Below are positions 36,749 through 50,457 of a stretch of 64,000 nucleotides of DNA, piece by piece. Origin of the DNA: Octopus vulgaris. Lineage: Eukaryota. The notes beneath the pieces are model-generated. The model was not told the origin of the DNA, made no database searches, and saw only the letters and a list, made by a program, of their open reading frames with translations. The stretch spans positions 558,001 to 622,000 of the forward strand of contig OX597824.1 in NCBI GenBank assembly GCA_951406725.2, read 5' to 3'. Numbering within the stretch: the stretch's first letter is position 1; every line of letters starts with the position of its first letter. Made by a program: the position numbers and the translations under genes.

Positions 36749-36780
36749 TTAAAGCATTAGGACGGACAAAATTGTAAAAT

Positions 36781-37127
36781 AGGCTAATGCAGTTTTGCAC
36801 CTCACTTTGAGAAATGCCTTTGTTTGAAAATATCTTTTCCGATTCCTACGTTTTAGATGTTGGAGATTACAAATATGCAAAAAAAAATTTTTTAATCCCC
36901 CCTCACCTCTCCACCCATGTAAAATTTCAACCTGCCTCTCCAGTGGACCTCATGCACAGCTAACCCCCTCCCCACAAAAACAGACATTCCTTTTTTTATT
37001 TTTAAATTTGTGGGGTGGGTGAAATCTAAGAAAAAGTTTCTTTTTGCATATTCATAATCTCCGACATCTAAAAATATTTTCAGAAAAAATGCATTTTTCA
37101 AGGAGAGGTGTGAAACTGCATTAGCCT
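36781..37127. mobile_element. MITE with ~130-bp inverted arms
   Basis: aggctaatgcagttttgcacctc / gaggtgtgaaactgcattagcct; ttttagatgttggagatta / taatctccgacatctaaaa. Confidence 0.75.
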
Positions 37128-38521
37128 CATAAATTGAAAACTAAATTTATTTTTAAAACTTTTCAACTATGGGATGAAGTCTGAGTCACAAAGTAATCGC
37201 ATGGGCTTCTTGAATAGATACCATAAAGTAGAAGTTTGACAATACATTTGGAATTTGAAATAAAGTTTGTGAAATGTGTAATGAGATACTGTTTTTCTTA
37301 TCAGTTGTGGTTCTGTCTATTTGGGCACAGATGGTAAAAAAACTCTCCCTTCTTTGCCTTCAGTTGTCAAAAATAATTTTAGGGTCAGTTACATTAGAAA
37401 TGCTTTCTTTTTCTTCTAGGACACTAAACTTTGTTATATTTAACCATTGAGTACTTTATACTCTGACATTCTCTCTACTCAATAAGGAAACACTTGGGTT
37501 TTAAACCTTTTAATATTTGTCCACCTGGTTTAGAACATTTCATTATAATTAGTCAGAGTAAGCAGGTGCTCAAGGCTTCCTCTTTGGTGACCTAAATATT
37601 CCATCAGATAATTGATTTGGACTGGTACTTTATCAACCCTACAATGTTAACTTAACCTTTTAGTCCTCAGAATACAATGTCAACTGTAATGCATATTTAT
37701 TCAGATTGTTTTGAATTAATCTTGCATTCTCCTCTTGTGGCTTTGAGATTTCAATGATGTGATTGTTTATTTTTAGAATGACATTGTAGGGTAGGGTGTG
37801 GGAGGCCAGGTAGAATATTTGGGCCGGATGGGACTGGTTTAAGCAAGGTTTGATGTCAGTAAAGAGAGCCAGAGCAAATTAGCCATTGGGCATTTAACCT
37901 GCTGCTCTGAGGCCTGTGTGCCACATAAATTGATAAAGATGTAAATTAAATGTGTTGCTATATGAATGCAATGTCTAATATAAACATTGAACAACTGAAG
38001 GGAAATGGATGCTGCTGATAATGTTTAAGGTTATGAATATATATAAAAAGATGGTTTGAGCATAATAGGAATATTGTTGATTATTTGTTTGGCATGTGGA
38101 CAAAAATTCATTAGTTAGTAAATGAGCTTTCCCAATTTTAATACTCATTGAATCTGAGGGTTATATTTCTCCATTGATATGGATTTTGTCCTGCTGTAGT
38201 TATTGTACTTCAGTATTTGGCATCACAAAGCACATTTTTGTGTTTTATCTTAATAAGTGTGTATAAGAGATATTTGGCTGTTAATTCTAGCAGCTTAAGT
38301 TGCCATGTAGAGAATCAGTCTTTAGCTTGGGGCTGTAATACCTGAGTGTATGGAAAATTTGTATATTGTAAAGGGTTACTTTCTGTTGAAGATTTCTATA
38401 ATTTTAGTCTTTGAAGAAGAAACCTATTTTTATTACATGATGACCACAGTTTATCTTTCATAACTTCTTATTTGAACTATTACAATTGCTATAATCTAAA
38501 AATGGTGTTTTCTTCATTTAG

Positions 38522-38605
38522 CACATGGAATATGACTCTGAGGCAGTTCAGGCTATCAGACAGCTGAATGGATACTCAGTCTGCAATTCAAGAATTCGAG
38601 TTGAG
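38522..38605 (+). CDS. RBM4: RBM4/lark-like protein, coding exon 2 (RRM C-half)
   Basis: ttcatttag acceptor, GAG|gtaaaa donor, phase 0 to 0. HMEYDSEAVQAIRQLNGYSVCNSRIRVE completes the RRM. Confidence 0.9.
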
Positions 38606-41280
38606 GTAAAAAATTTTTTTTAAAAATTCTTTTTTTTCTATCAACCTTGTTTGTTGTATGATTGTATGTTAGTGAACAGAAATAAGTTAGAATGAAAAAG
38701 GTTTATATTGAAATATCTTTTAGTCATTCTGGGTATATCAAAGTATTTAAATATTCATAAATTAGACTTTTTTTTTCTTATGGTTTTTAATGATGCTTGT
38801 ATATGTTTAAGCATCATTTACATTATTCTGCTGCTAGCTATCATCTGTTAGGTCAAGCTTGTTGGTTTGATTGATTTGTTATCCTGACTTCATCCTGGAG
38901 TAGGGGTGGGGCTTAATGCTAATCTTATTGATCTCTTATATTGGATCAATGTTGAAGTATTTGCTAAAAATACTTAAGTGAGAAAAACATTTCTGTTGGT
39001 TATTAAAGATCATTTACTGTTGTCATCCTTTAAAACACGAGGGAAATATATCTTTGGTCTGGAGGGAGCTTTTAGCAGTGGAGGTTTCTAATTCTGAGTA
39101 TTTTCCAATATTCAGCACATTTGTTTTTAAAAAAAACCATTGGAGAAAGGGCATGATAATGAAAAAGTCATTGTAATTAAGAATCTATTCTGAGTTGAAT
39201 TTAGTGATTAAATCATGATGAAAGAAATTGATATTCTAATTTCCAGGTACAATAAATATTTTGAACTTCAATGTAGATTTAGAAGACTTAATGATAGATT
39301 AAAATGTCTAGACCAAAAATAATTTTGGTTGCCCAGGATATTTTAAACCTAGTTTAATTGAAAACACTAGTTACATTTTATTTAATTTCAACTAACTTTT
39401 CTTTTATAAACACTAATATTTTTCCAGTTACTTTTCTAAGATTTATTCATGTCAGATTTTATTCTTGATCACTGACATTCTCAAACTAAAAGTTTTAGAA
39501 TTAGTTTTTTTTGGGGGGTTTCCATTTTTATTCTTCCGATGAAGATTTATAAAAATAAAATTTAATCTTTGTTTAATGACAAATGAGTGGCTTTGTGTTT
39601 TATCTTTTACCAGTGATATTTACTTTTATATTTTCCCAATATGCACATTAAATGAGATATCCTCTAAGTAAAATAGCAACTAACAGAAAATTGCTAATTT
39701 TGTCCCATCGTTATGACTTGCATATGAAGTTTTAATTATAATTTTGATTTTCATTACTTAATTGATCTAATGATACTGGGGCGTTTTTTTTTTTTTTCCA
39801 AACATGAAAAAGAAAAGAACATATTCTAAAATTAGAGTAATAGTTATTATACTAACAAATCACGGTATCTATGTTATCAGTGTTTGTCTTGCAACAGATT
39901 TTTGCTTGTAGTGAGCAATAAACTGTTTCTTTGTGCTTTGTTTTTGTTGTTGTCTTAGTCAAACTTGCATCTCAAAATTTAGTTGGTTTCAACAAATGAG
40001 ATTTTGAGTCCTTGTATTGCTTATTAACTTGTTTCATTTACTAATCTGTTCATGTTGCTCTATGAGAGTCGGTAGTGTGTGTGTATGTGTGTGAGCCCAG
40101 AGAGAGAGAGGGATTGTTTGTATTTTGTGTTTGGTTTATTTGTACAGCATGCCTTGTTAGTTCCATGAAATGTAATAAAATAAAGATTTAGGTTTAGTAG
40201 TTTTTTTGTTCATTTTTAATTCTGCCTTGGCTTTTCAAACCATAAATAAAAACAACTAATGATGAAAAAATGGCAAAATAAAAGCTGTTTTGTTTCATTT
40301 TGGAGAAATTTTGGTTTAATAAGTAGATATACCTTACTTCCTTGTAGTATATAAACTGAGTTTTAATCAATATAATGGAAGAATGGGCTTAAAAGCATTG
40401 TATGCACCACATGCAGTGTGAACTTCCAAGCTTTACACTGCATGCACTCCACACATTCTTCATTTCTTTTGAAGTGTGCAATGGCCTAAATGAAATATAA
40501 TAATCTAGTGTATTAGAACTCTTATTTCTCATGTCAATTAAAAAATTTCATTAAAGTAATATCAACAATTAGTACTTTCATTTTGTTCTGTTTTTAAAAA
40601 AACAAACAAAACAAAATAAAGCAATTGTTTTGGGTTGGGTTTCCTGTGGCATACTGCAGTGGTACTGCATTAACTGCAGTTTGTGTACATGCACAGAAGT
40701 ACTGCTGCAATTTTAGTGTTAAAAATGCTAATAATACATGCAATAAGTTATTTTCTTGAGAATTCCAGAGGCAAGATTTGTGAGTTTATTCGGGAGCTTA
40801 ATTCGTATTTGAAGCAATGTCGTAGGTGCCCACGAGCAAAAGGTGGATCACAATTCATTTGCCCTCGTGTATTAGTAAACTCATTTGGATATGATTGGTC
40901 ATCTTGTTCATTTGTGTATGCAAAAACTATCAATTGACAGAGAGCTGGCAGCTACTTTGTCTATTCAACCATGCTGAAAATCAGTTACTCTAAATATTAT
41001 GTTTAGGTTTGAATTTGCAGATCCATCCAACCAAAATAACTGTAACATAAAAAAGTTTAAAAGTTTCTTTGCAGCTGAATTAGTTTTATATGTATATATA
41101 ACTGTGTGTGTGTGTGTGCTGACAGAATAGCTAATTTGCTTTTTGTATTTTGCTTGTATGTCATTAATGTTCAATGGACAGACTACGTTCTGCTATGTGC
41201 TTGTGATTTTGTTTGTGTGAGATATTTATGTATTCACAATATGTATGTATATACATAAAAACACACACTTGACGTATGCA

Positions 41281-41452
41281 CAGTGAAAACTGCTTATTAT
41301 TATCGTCGTGGATAATGTTATCAGATGGCTGTTGAAATTAGTGGGCCCCAAAGATGCTCGTAATATTGTTTATCTTCTGCTTGATTTATTAGCAGCTTAT
41401 TGTTATCTGAAAGGCTCTGTCCCAAACTGATAATAATAAGCAGTTTCCACTA
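41281..41452. mobile_element. Small Tc1/pogo-like MITE
   Basis: CAGTGAAAACTGCTTATTATTATC / GATAATAATAAGCAGTTTCCACTA, followed by TA. Confidence 0.6.
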
Positions 41453-41661
41453 TATATACATATATATTTTATGTTCATTTTGCACTTTGACATGGGGCTG
41501 GACTATGATATTGTATGCGTATTATTGAGGTTTTGGGGTTTGTTTCTCTTTCTCTATGGAAATTCTTCATTATTTTGCTACAGGTCTTTCTCCATTTTCT
41601 ACATTTATTTTGTCTTGTTGCCTGTCTCTCTGACTGTTGCCTATCTCCCTGGCTCTTTTCT

Positions 41662-41696
<35 letters not shown>

Positions 41697-42167
41697 TAAT
41701 TCTTTATTTTTCTCCTGCTGGCTCAGTCACTCTTTTTTTTTTCCAAATTATTTTTTTCCCATTTCACTTTTTTAGTTTTCTTTCTCTGTTATAAAACTCT
41801 TTCTTCATACAACCATTCCTGTCTTATGTTATTCCTTCCTTTCTTCCTTGACCGCTTAATAGTCTCTTTCTGTCTTTCACCTCACATCTGTTTTCTCTTT
41901 CCATGTTTCTGTAGCATGATAGAGGGGGGGGAGACATCGGCAAGCAGAAAAAGGGACATCTGCCTCGGTACTTTTATATACAAGTATAGTGTCTGTGTAT
42001 GTATACGATACACACACACACACACTGTTTGTGTATCGATGTTTCTCAACCGTCTTTTGTCTCAAACTCCTTCATTTTTCCAAAAAGAAGTTTTATTTAA
42101 ATTGTTTTTGCAAGATTTTGCTTGTTTCTTCTTGTAAAGTAATCCATGTCCCACTTTGAGAAACATT

Positions 42168-42200
<33 letters not shown>

Positions 42201-45001
42201 CATATGTCAATATAACCTATGTAAGCATTGGGAAACATAAAAATTATATATGAACGCACATATGTGGGGATAAAATGCATGTATTTTATTATATCAGTGT
42301 GCTGAGTTGTCAATTGTCTTTCAATATTTCTTTTGGCTCCTGACACACCACGTTCAAACCCTGCCTTAGTCAACTTTGCATTTCATCCTTCCAGGGTCGA
42401 TAGAATAAAGCACCAGTCAAGTGCTGTAGTTGGTTTGGTTGACTTGCCTTGTGCCTTTATTAGAAACCGTATATAATGTACAAGATTGTCATTATATATA
42501 TGTGTATATATATATATATTGCAGTCTTGTCTAAGTTCCTTCATGTTTTGCCCTTTTTTCTTTTTGTTTATCCTCATGTTTGTTTATTGTTAACATTCCC
42601 TTTAAAAAAAACCCTAATTTTTTTTTGTTGCATTATTATGGTGTTAAAAATCCCCAAACAACTTATTCTATGATAGTGTGTAGAATTGTGAGGCTGTTTC
42701 TGTTTTGAGGTACAGATTTTGGAGTCCTTTTCTAATACTCAAATTAATTGTGTGAAAATAACTACAATTTTGAAAGCTGGTATTTATTTAAAATCGTACA
42801 TTTTAAATCATTTATATTCATTTTCTGGATACCAGTATTTTGTTTCCCTATTTTGTTTTATTGGGTGGGTGGGTGTCATTCTAATAAACATTACAAAGTG
42901 CTCTTTTCAGATTAAATAATCAAAGCATCCAATCTTTAAAATAGATCAAAAAAGCAAAAAGAGTTTAATTTTTGCCTGCTTCTCTCTTCAACTGCAAAGA
43001 TGCTAAAATAAATTATACTTGAAGCAATGTTCATGAAACTATTTCTATCATATATATTATATCCAGTAGTTTGTTTGGGTTTGATTTCCAATGGTTTCAA
43101 CTTTTCATTCTTTTAGTCTGATTTTCAAACTGATTAAACCAAATTATTATTTGTATAAAAACTATATATGCTATACGTTTGTAAACTTCGTAATATATTT
43201 CTTAATATCTGGACACCTCTCCAGATGTTGGATCTATGTTATTTTCTAATCTGAAGACACATGAAATCAAATATTGTGCCCTCCATTAGTCTCTCTCTCT
43301 ATATATATATGAAATGGCAAATAAAAGTATTCCTTTGTGAGACCATGGTAAATTGGATTTGTATAGCCCTGAACTTATGGGGATTTCAACATGATTCCTT
43401 AAGATAGCAGTTCTCTTGGCTTGCAGGTGAACAACCACATGTTTCTAAGTAAAATATAGGTCAAGGAATTAAGTTGTCCATCATTCTCTAAACTTACACT
43501 AAACCAAGAGGTCAACTGAACTTTTTTGACTGTATAAACCTGATGAAATATTGTTTTATGTAGCTTCACATTCTTAAAATATAAAAAAAGTTTTTAAACA
43601 GATTTGTTTTTTTACTATATCCTATGTTAGTCAGTGACTTATTAACAAACTTATTTTCCATTGATATCCCTGTTTGTATTTGTGGCACATGATAAATTCT
43701 CCGTTAATTGATGCCACAAACCAGTTGGGATTCCTTCATTTAAAGTCATTTGACAGCACTTGAAATTACTAATGTCTTCGGAAAAGTTATGGATGCTGCA
43801 GTCTACCATTTACACTCTTCATCAAAAAAAGAAAAGAAGAAAAAAAATCTTAAAGTATATTGCTACTGGACATCATAAGCATCCATTCATTTGCGACAGG
43901 TCCACCAATAGCTGACCTGCTACTCTTCTTAAAATTAAATTAATCCTTAAAATGTTTAAAATCTTTATAAGAATTGAAGTTGAGTAAAAAGAAGCTATTT
44001 TGTTCAGTGACATAGAAATCCACTTGTTCTATCTTAACTCTTTCATCACTGTATCTCTCCTAAAATAAAACTGCTTTCTCTGGGGCAGTTGATTTTGAAA
44101 TTTGGTGGGATTTATCAAAGCACCCTCCTCCTGATTAACCAGGAGTCTGGACATAAAGGGTTCTTAATAGTAAATATGCACACTTCAAAAAGAGGATTTT
44201 TTCCCCTTAAAAGCAGTGCCACAGACAGATTGGTACCTTGATTTAAGTGCAGAGTACAATCAATGCATTATTAGATATTTATTTTTTGCTGTTGCCAATT
44301 TATTTAATACCAAAGCCAGCAGATTGGATTGGCTTTGAGATCTTTCTCCCATGATGAATTTACCTGTCATTTCAGTACAGCTACCTTCACTCAGAATGGC
44401 TTATCATATGGTGAAGCTGGAAGCTGACTTTCAATAATCCATATTACTCCACATATATATTTGCTGCTAAGTTCTTTGGTAACAATCATTGTTAAAAAAA
44501 ATAAAAATGGTTAAGTTCAAAGCTTTAACTGTAGTTGAAAGTTCTTCAGAAGCAGTTAATTCTCGCACACAAAACACCTGCATATAATCCTATAAGCATG
44601 ATTTCTTAGATTCTTGATATTTGCTCAGATTATTTATCTTGCCTCTTAGCAGTCACCATGGAGTTGTACTCCTCACTCATGCTTGAAAGCAGACCTGTTC
44701 TATTCAGTCTATCTGAAAGGGAGAATTCACTCTGGGATAGAATAACTTATACTGGCTTCATATCTGATGAAAGCTGCTATAATTCTTTCCTAATTTATCT
44801 GGAAGTTTTCTGATAGATGTACTTGTGATAGTTTTCTTTTGTCACTGCAAACTATAGTTACCACACTTCAACTCTTAAACCTTGACAATGTTCAATATGA
44901 TTTTGGGGAAATAATATTAAAAAAAAAGCAAAATTGTATTCATCAATGAAAATGTGTGTGCCTATATATGCGCATTGCATGTGCATATGTAATATGCATG
45001 T

Positions 45002-45036
<35 letters not shown>

Positions 45037-48000
45037 CTGTATATACATGTATATATACATATATATATGTGTGTCTGTATATACATGTATAACTTGAATT
45101 CATGCATATATAGGCATTAATGATGGGGAGGGGAAGCAGCTCATTGAACGATTGGTTTTGAATTAAGCAAAGGGTCTATAAAATTTCCACTATCTTATTC
45201 AATTCTCTTTTTAATTCTATTTCTAATTAGTTGCTTCAAAATATAATAACTGTAGAATGAGAAATTGTAGGTGGTTATTCATTCCTTTATTCATGGTTAT
45301 AATTATTTTTGGAATGTTTTAAGCAAATTCAAAAAAAAAAATGAAAAGAAAAGAAATAATTTGTTGATAGATTTTTATAGCCCTTATAATGCCATATATA
45401 TTAACAAATCAAAAAGATTACTCCATAGCCTATTTTAAAAAATTATATAAAATATTTTCTGGCTATGTTTATAGATATTTAATTCAATATTAAAAGACTC
45501 TTGAATCTATTTCATCAAACATAATGCTATATAAAAAATTCTGTTTAAAAAAAAAAAATTGGTGCAATTTTATTGGAAACTTAAGGCATACATTTTAAAT
45601 CTTGTAATATATATTTCAGAAAAAGGGATATAAAATTTATTTCACTGCATATACAAACTCTCTCTGTGGGTGTTTGTATCTATGCATGTAAATATATATA
45701 TATATATATCTATATATATATATATATATTTTGTGTACGTATATACATACACAAATTGAGATTAAAGGTATATATCCGTTACCATTTATGGTTTTACTTT
45801 TTTTAAAGTATTGAAAGTAGCTTGTGTTGTATATATATATATATATATATAAATATATGTGTGTATAAATACTCCTTGGAATTGGCCGATAGATTTAATA
45901 AACGCACTTTACTTTCCAAAGTAGCTATTTGTTTAGATGGCAAATTGTTGTTGTTGTTGTTGTGCAAATTCATACCACCTCCGTGTTTATCAGTGTTAGG
46001 GCCAATCCCCAAATTCAGCCGTAACGCTTCAGAGTACTAAATTGCTGCCAGCTTTTCAAGGACGGACCGTTATTTAGTTTGCGCCTGTGTCATCGTGAAT
46101 AGATTCTGCCAAGCCCCCTGACGTAAACAAGAATAGCATTCCCAAGGACAAGGAAGTCCCCAGCGAGCGTCATAAAGGTATGTTAAAGTGGTTTTACGTT
46201 CTGCAGATATTTTTGCGTGCGTTCCTTTTTACTAGTTTATGATTGAATAGAGAGAGTGTGCTCTGTCTGTGTGTTGTGTTGTTTTGTGAGAATCTGCTCT
46301 GAAATGTCAAGAGTGCCAACCTGCCAATGTTGTTGATTTGTGACATAAAGTTTCTTGGTATGTGTGCTTGAGTGAATGTGCATGTGTATAAATGCTTCAA
46401 TTAATGTATGTATGGTGCAGGCAAGGCCAAATGACGAAGCAGTTTTGTTTCAGAAGTATTTGGTCTTGGGTTCAATCTCACTGCACAGCACCTTGGACAA
46501 ATTTCTTCTACCATAGCTTTCGGTTGACCCAAATCTTGTGAGTGAAATTGGCCAGGTAGAAACCAAAAGCCTGTCAGATGGATGGGACTTTTTGAAAGGT
46601 CAACCATGTTGCTATATCATTGATTCCGCCTGAGGATTACAGTGAATGTACAAGACTCAGAACCTTACATGATCTTATGGTCAATGACTGTGTTGTCCAG
46701 TTGATCAAAGAACTGAAATCAATTCTTGTTTAAACCAAGAGAGGAAACATTTGCTATTTTATACACGTGTATATTTTAGTTAATGTTTTTTTTTTTTTTT
46801 AATGAAATTTGGAAAGCTTCTTAGAGTTAACTTTTAATTTTTTTTTTTTTTTTTCAAAATTCAAATTGGGTGAACTTTCGTACCAAAGTGAAGTTTCAGC
46901 TCACTGAATATTATATTTGGTGTGTTCTCCAATCCATTCAGTACTACTGTTTCCGCTGCGTAAACAATTTGTACAAACATCTGCGACGTGTTGATCAGCA
47001 TCGTTCAGTTGCGTAAGTTAGAATATGGTGATCTCCTCGTCCTCTTTTAAAACTATTCGGTCTACACACTGCGTTGTTAAGCGTGTTTCCCACAACTTGG
47101 AGCATTGCCCGTTCTATGGTTTCAAAAACAGACAAAATCGAAATGCGTTATCTATTCGTTCTTAATTTTATTGACCGAAAATCATCGATTAATTTTTCAA
47201 GAAGCATCTCTTTACTTTTGATAATTTGTCAGTTTTCTAAAATTGAAAATAGGGATTAAACCTAATGCAAATACAGCTGAACTGATAATTATCTAATTTT
47301 CAAGATTAATTAATTAGGATGTTGGTAATTCATGAAAGCTGCTGCTGCTCATTTTTGTAGTTTTATTTTACTTAATGTTGGAAGCTCCACAGAATTGAAC
47401 CAACTGACTTCTGTTGTGTCCTATATTTCATATATCATTGATATTGTTTCTTTTTTCAGCTCATTTCATTTTTCACTTATTTAAAAAAAAAAAAAAAAAA
47501 AAAAGAAAAGAAATCTGGTCGTGTTGGATTGAGAATCTACAATTTCTTTCGCTATCTGCTTTTTGTGGAAGATGTTTTAGGCTTTAGACTGAGGTTATCT
47601 TTATATTTACTAACATTTTTGAGAATTGATTTTTAAATATCATTGCAAATATTGAAAAGAATTTTAAGGAAATGAAAATTTGTCAAACCAAACATTGCGA
47701 AGAGAATGGTGATGATTTTCTACGTTATCAACATTTATTTGATTGGAGAGTCATTAGAAGTGTTCAAGGAATGGAGAAACTAAGCATTCTGTGCTTTTAT
47801 CCATCATCTCAGATTGAGGAAGATAAAGTGTTTTCACTTGGGTTATGAGCTAGCAAAATCAGACAAAAAACCCCAAAAAAAAACCGGCAGCCATGCTTTC
47901 TCTGTCCTTGTCTTAGATGATGTGCAAAATCCTGAAATGTTGGATTCTTCAATCCTTATAACAATTGACCCTATTTAACTCTCCTGCAAATACCAAAATT

Positions 48001-48933
48001 GTTTCTTTGTATCATCCTTTGGTATCTTTTGTCTTTTAATGAATTTTCTGATTCCCTGCTTCCCCCCATAATTATATATTTCTTTCTGGCAGACCACTTA
48101 GTGCCTTGTGATATTTTAAGCATTGCTACAGTCTCAATTTAGCTCGACCAGTTGCCACCTGCCTTTTTTTTCTTTTTCCCTTTTTTCTCTCATTTTTTTT
48201 ACCTTTTAAGCCATTCTTCATTACCATTATTGAATAAATGGTTGAAGATGCTGTGTATGTATATATATTTTTATATATACACACTTACAAATTTTATTGT
48301 TTTATAGTTGTCTGCTTTAGTCTTGCTTCATTTTAGTTGCTAAAGCAATTTTTTTTATTTCTTTTCCAGGATGGCCCCTTGCATATTGGAACATCTGATT
48401 ATTCTGTATCAGCAGATTTGGCGACGCCTTCATATTTTAAGAACCACATAGTCATGCCACTCAAGAGTATAGCATCCAGTATCAAATAAAGTATTTTAGA
48501 CTTGTTGAGTCTTTGAGAATCTTATTCCATTATTGTATTCTGTTCTGTAATTCAATTGCTAAAATGTGTTGGGGTAAAATTGAACATTTTACTGTTTTCT
48601 TGTAACATTTTAATCGTCATGATTTAAAGGTCTAAAAATATCAAACACCTCTTCAATGGGTAGCAAACACTGGTTTTATGTAACATTCCTATACGGTGTC
48701 TTAATATTCCTGGTCTTCAAAATCTGTACCTCTTAATTCACTCGGTTTACACTTTGTTGCATGCTTTTTGCAATTGAGGATTTTTACAAGTTTTTTCTTA
48801 TGTTGTGTGCGTGTGTGAGTCACAAAAGAAACCAATTTTATCCATTAAAAAATGCTATTTCAATGGTTTAGAATGGATTTCTTAATCATTCTGTGTAGGG
48901 AATTCTTGCTGATTTCTTGCATTTTCCTTTCAG

Positions 48934-48992
48934 TTGTCACATGGTAAAAAGACAGAAAATGCTGACAAAAAACCAACAGATAGAGCATTTCC
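48934..48992 (+). CDS. RBM4: RBM4/lark-like protein, coding exon 3
   Basis: ttttcctttcag acceptor, gtgagt donor, phase 0 to 2. LSHGKKTENADKKPTDRAF (VE-LS is the typical RRM end). Confidence 0.8.
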
Positions 48993-49885
48993 GTGAGTTG
49001 CTTGACATTATTTTGTTTTCTCCATTTTATTTTAAAAACTTCATTCCAATTAGCTCTGTTAATTAACTAGGACTTGGCTCTTGATCCCAACATGTGCCTC
49101 AGACCTCTTGGTGATATAGTACAAAACAGCCCATTTCAAAATGTTAATGCTTGAATTAAAATTGTTGACAGCATCTTAAAAGCAACACAGTCTTGATTAT
49201 GGAAAGATTGTGTTTGGTAGCATCCTATCTGAGGCCTCTTGTTTGTGGCCTATTTTAAATTGTTTATATTTCAGTTAAAAATATTTTATCGGAATTTTGT
49301 ACAAGAACATGCTGAGAAATCATTTTACTAAATTTGTAGTTTTTTTTAAAATTAATTCCCAAATTTATTGAAATACAAGCAATACATTTTATTAAAGTTT
49401 TATTGTGAAGACTTAACCATTAATTCCCTTTTCCTTCTAGCAAGAGGTAGACCCAACGTTGGGGAATTTGACCCACTCAATTCCAGTGTATGATCAGAGG
49501 GCACAGTTCATAGCTTCAGTTCATTTTTGACCCTCATAACCTCTGTAACTTTTGAATGCATCAATAACTCAATTTGAAGAGGCCTGTATGTTTATTGGAA
49601 ATTATTTTGATAGGGGCCAAACATCTCAGCTAGCCATTCAATTTTATTTAATTAGTTTAGTTCCTGGGTACATTCTGAAGACGTTAACTACTACTGTGTT
49701 TCAAATTCATAATTCCTGTAATTGTGATCTTTCTCAAGAATTTAGAACAAAATTATCAACTGCTTTCAAATATTCCTGGGTTCTGTGGAATAATGTTGGT
49801 TTTATTTGGCTTTTACTCTTTTTAACCTGTCTGTGTTGCTTATGCATCTGTAGTTCATCATGTACTTGTGTTTTATCTATTGAAG

Positions 49886-50347
49886 ACCAAGAAAGCCTTT
49901 GGGTCAAGGAGGACTATCCAATTTTAACAGTCGTTTCACACCCGGCAGCTTTAACAACAACAACAACAACAACTGGTCAGACAACTATGACCAAAGGCCA
50001 CGGTTTCGTGACAACTTCCCAGATTATTATGAAAGGGATGGACGAATGCCATCTGTTCCAGACAGGTATCCAGGTGGGCCGATGTCCGACAGAATGGGAT
50101 CCATGCAAGACAGGTACCCTGCACAAGGACCACCAAGAGATCGCATGATGCCTCCACAACACTCAGAAAGATTTCCTTCCTCCCAGCCTGACAGAATGAG
50201 ACCCTCCAGTCCATTTGATAGGAGAGGAGCACCACCGCCTCCTCATGCCATGAGAGACAACTACTATATGGACAGAGACCCTTACTACCGTGAGAGAAGT
50301 CCTCTTTCTCGGATGCCTCCTGATTATTATGATAGAAATATGAAAAG
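49886..50347 (+). CDS. RBM4: RBM4/lark-like protein, coding exon 4 (low-complexity R/D/P/M/Y region)
   Basis: tgaag acceptor in phase 2, AG|gtcagt donor. Matches ORF 49899-50369 (…RDPYYRERSPLSRMPPDYYDR…). Confidence 0.8.
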
Positions 50348-50457
50348 GTCAGTATTTTCCCCTTTTTGATTGTCAACATTTCGTTATATGATAATTAATT
50401 TAGTCAGTCCTCTCTTCTTGCAAAATCTCTCTTACCTCACTTTTCGTTTCCTTACAG

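Noticed and set aside
41281-41452. Pre-miRNA
   Set aside because: CAGTG…CACTA|TA termini and the ~125-nt interior fit a Tc1/pogo MITE better.
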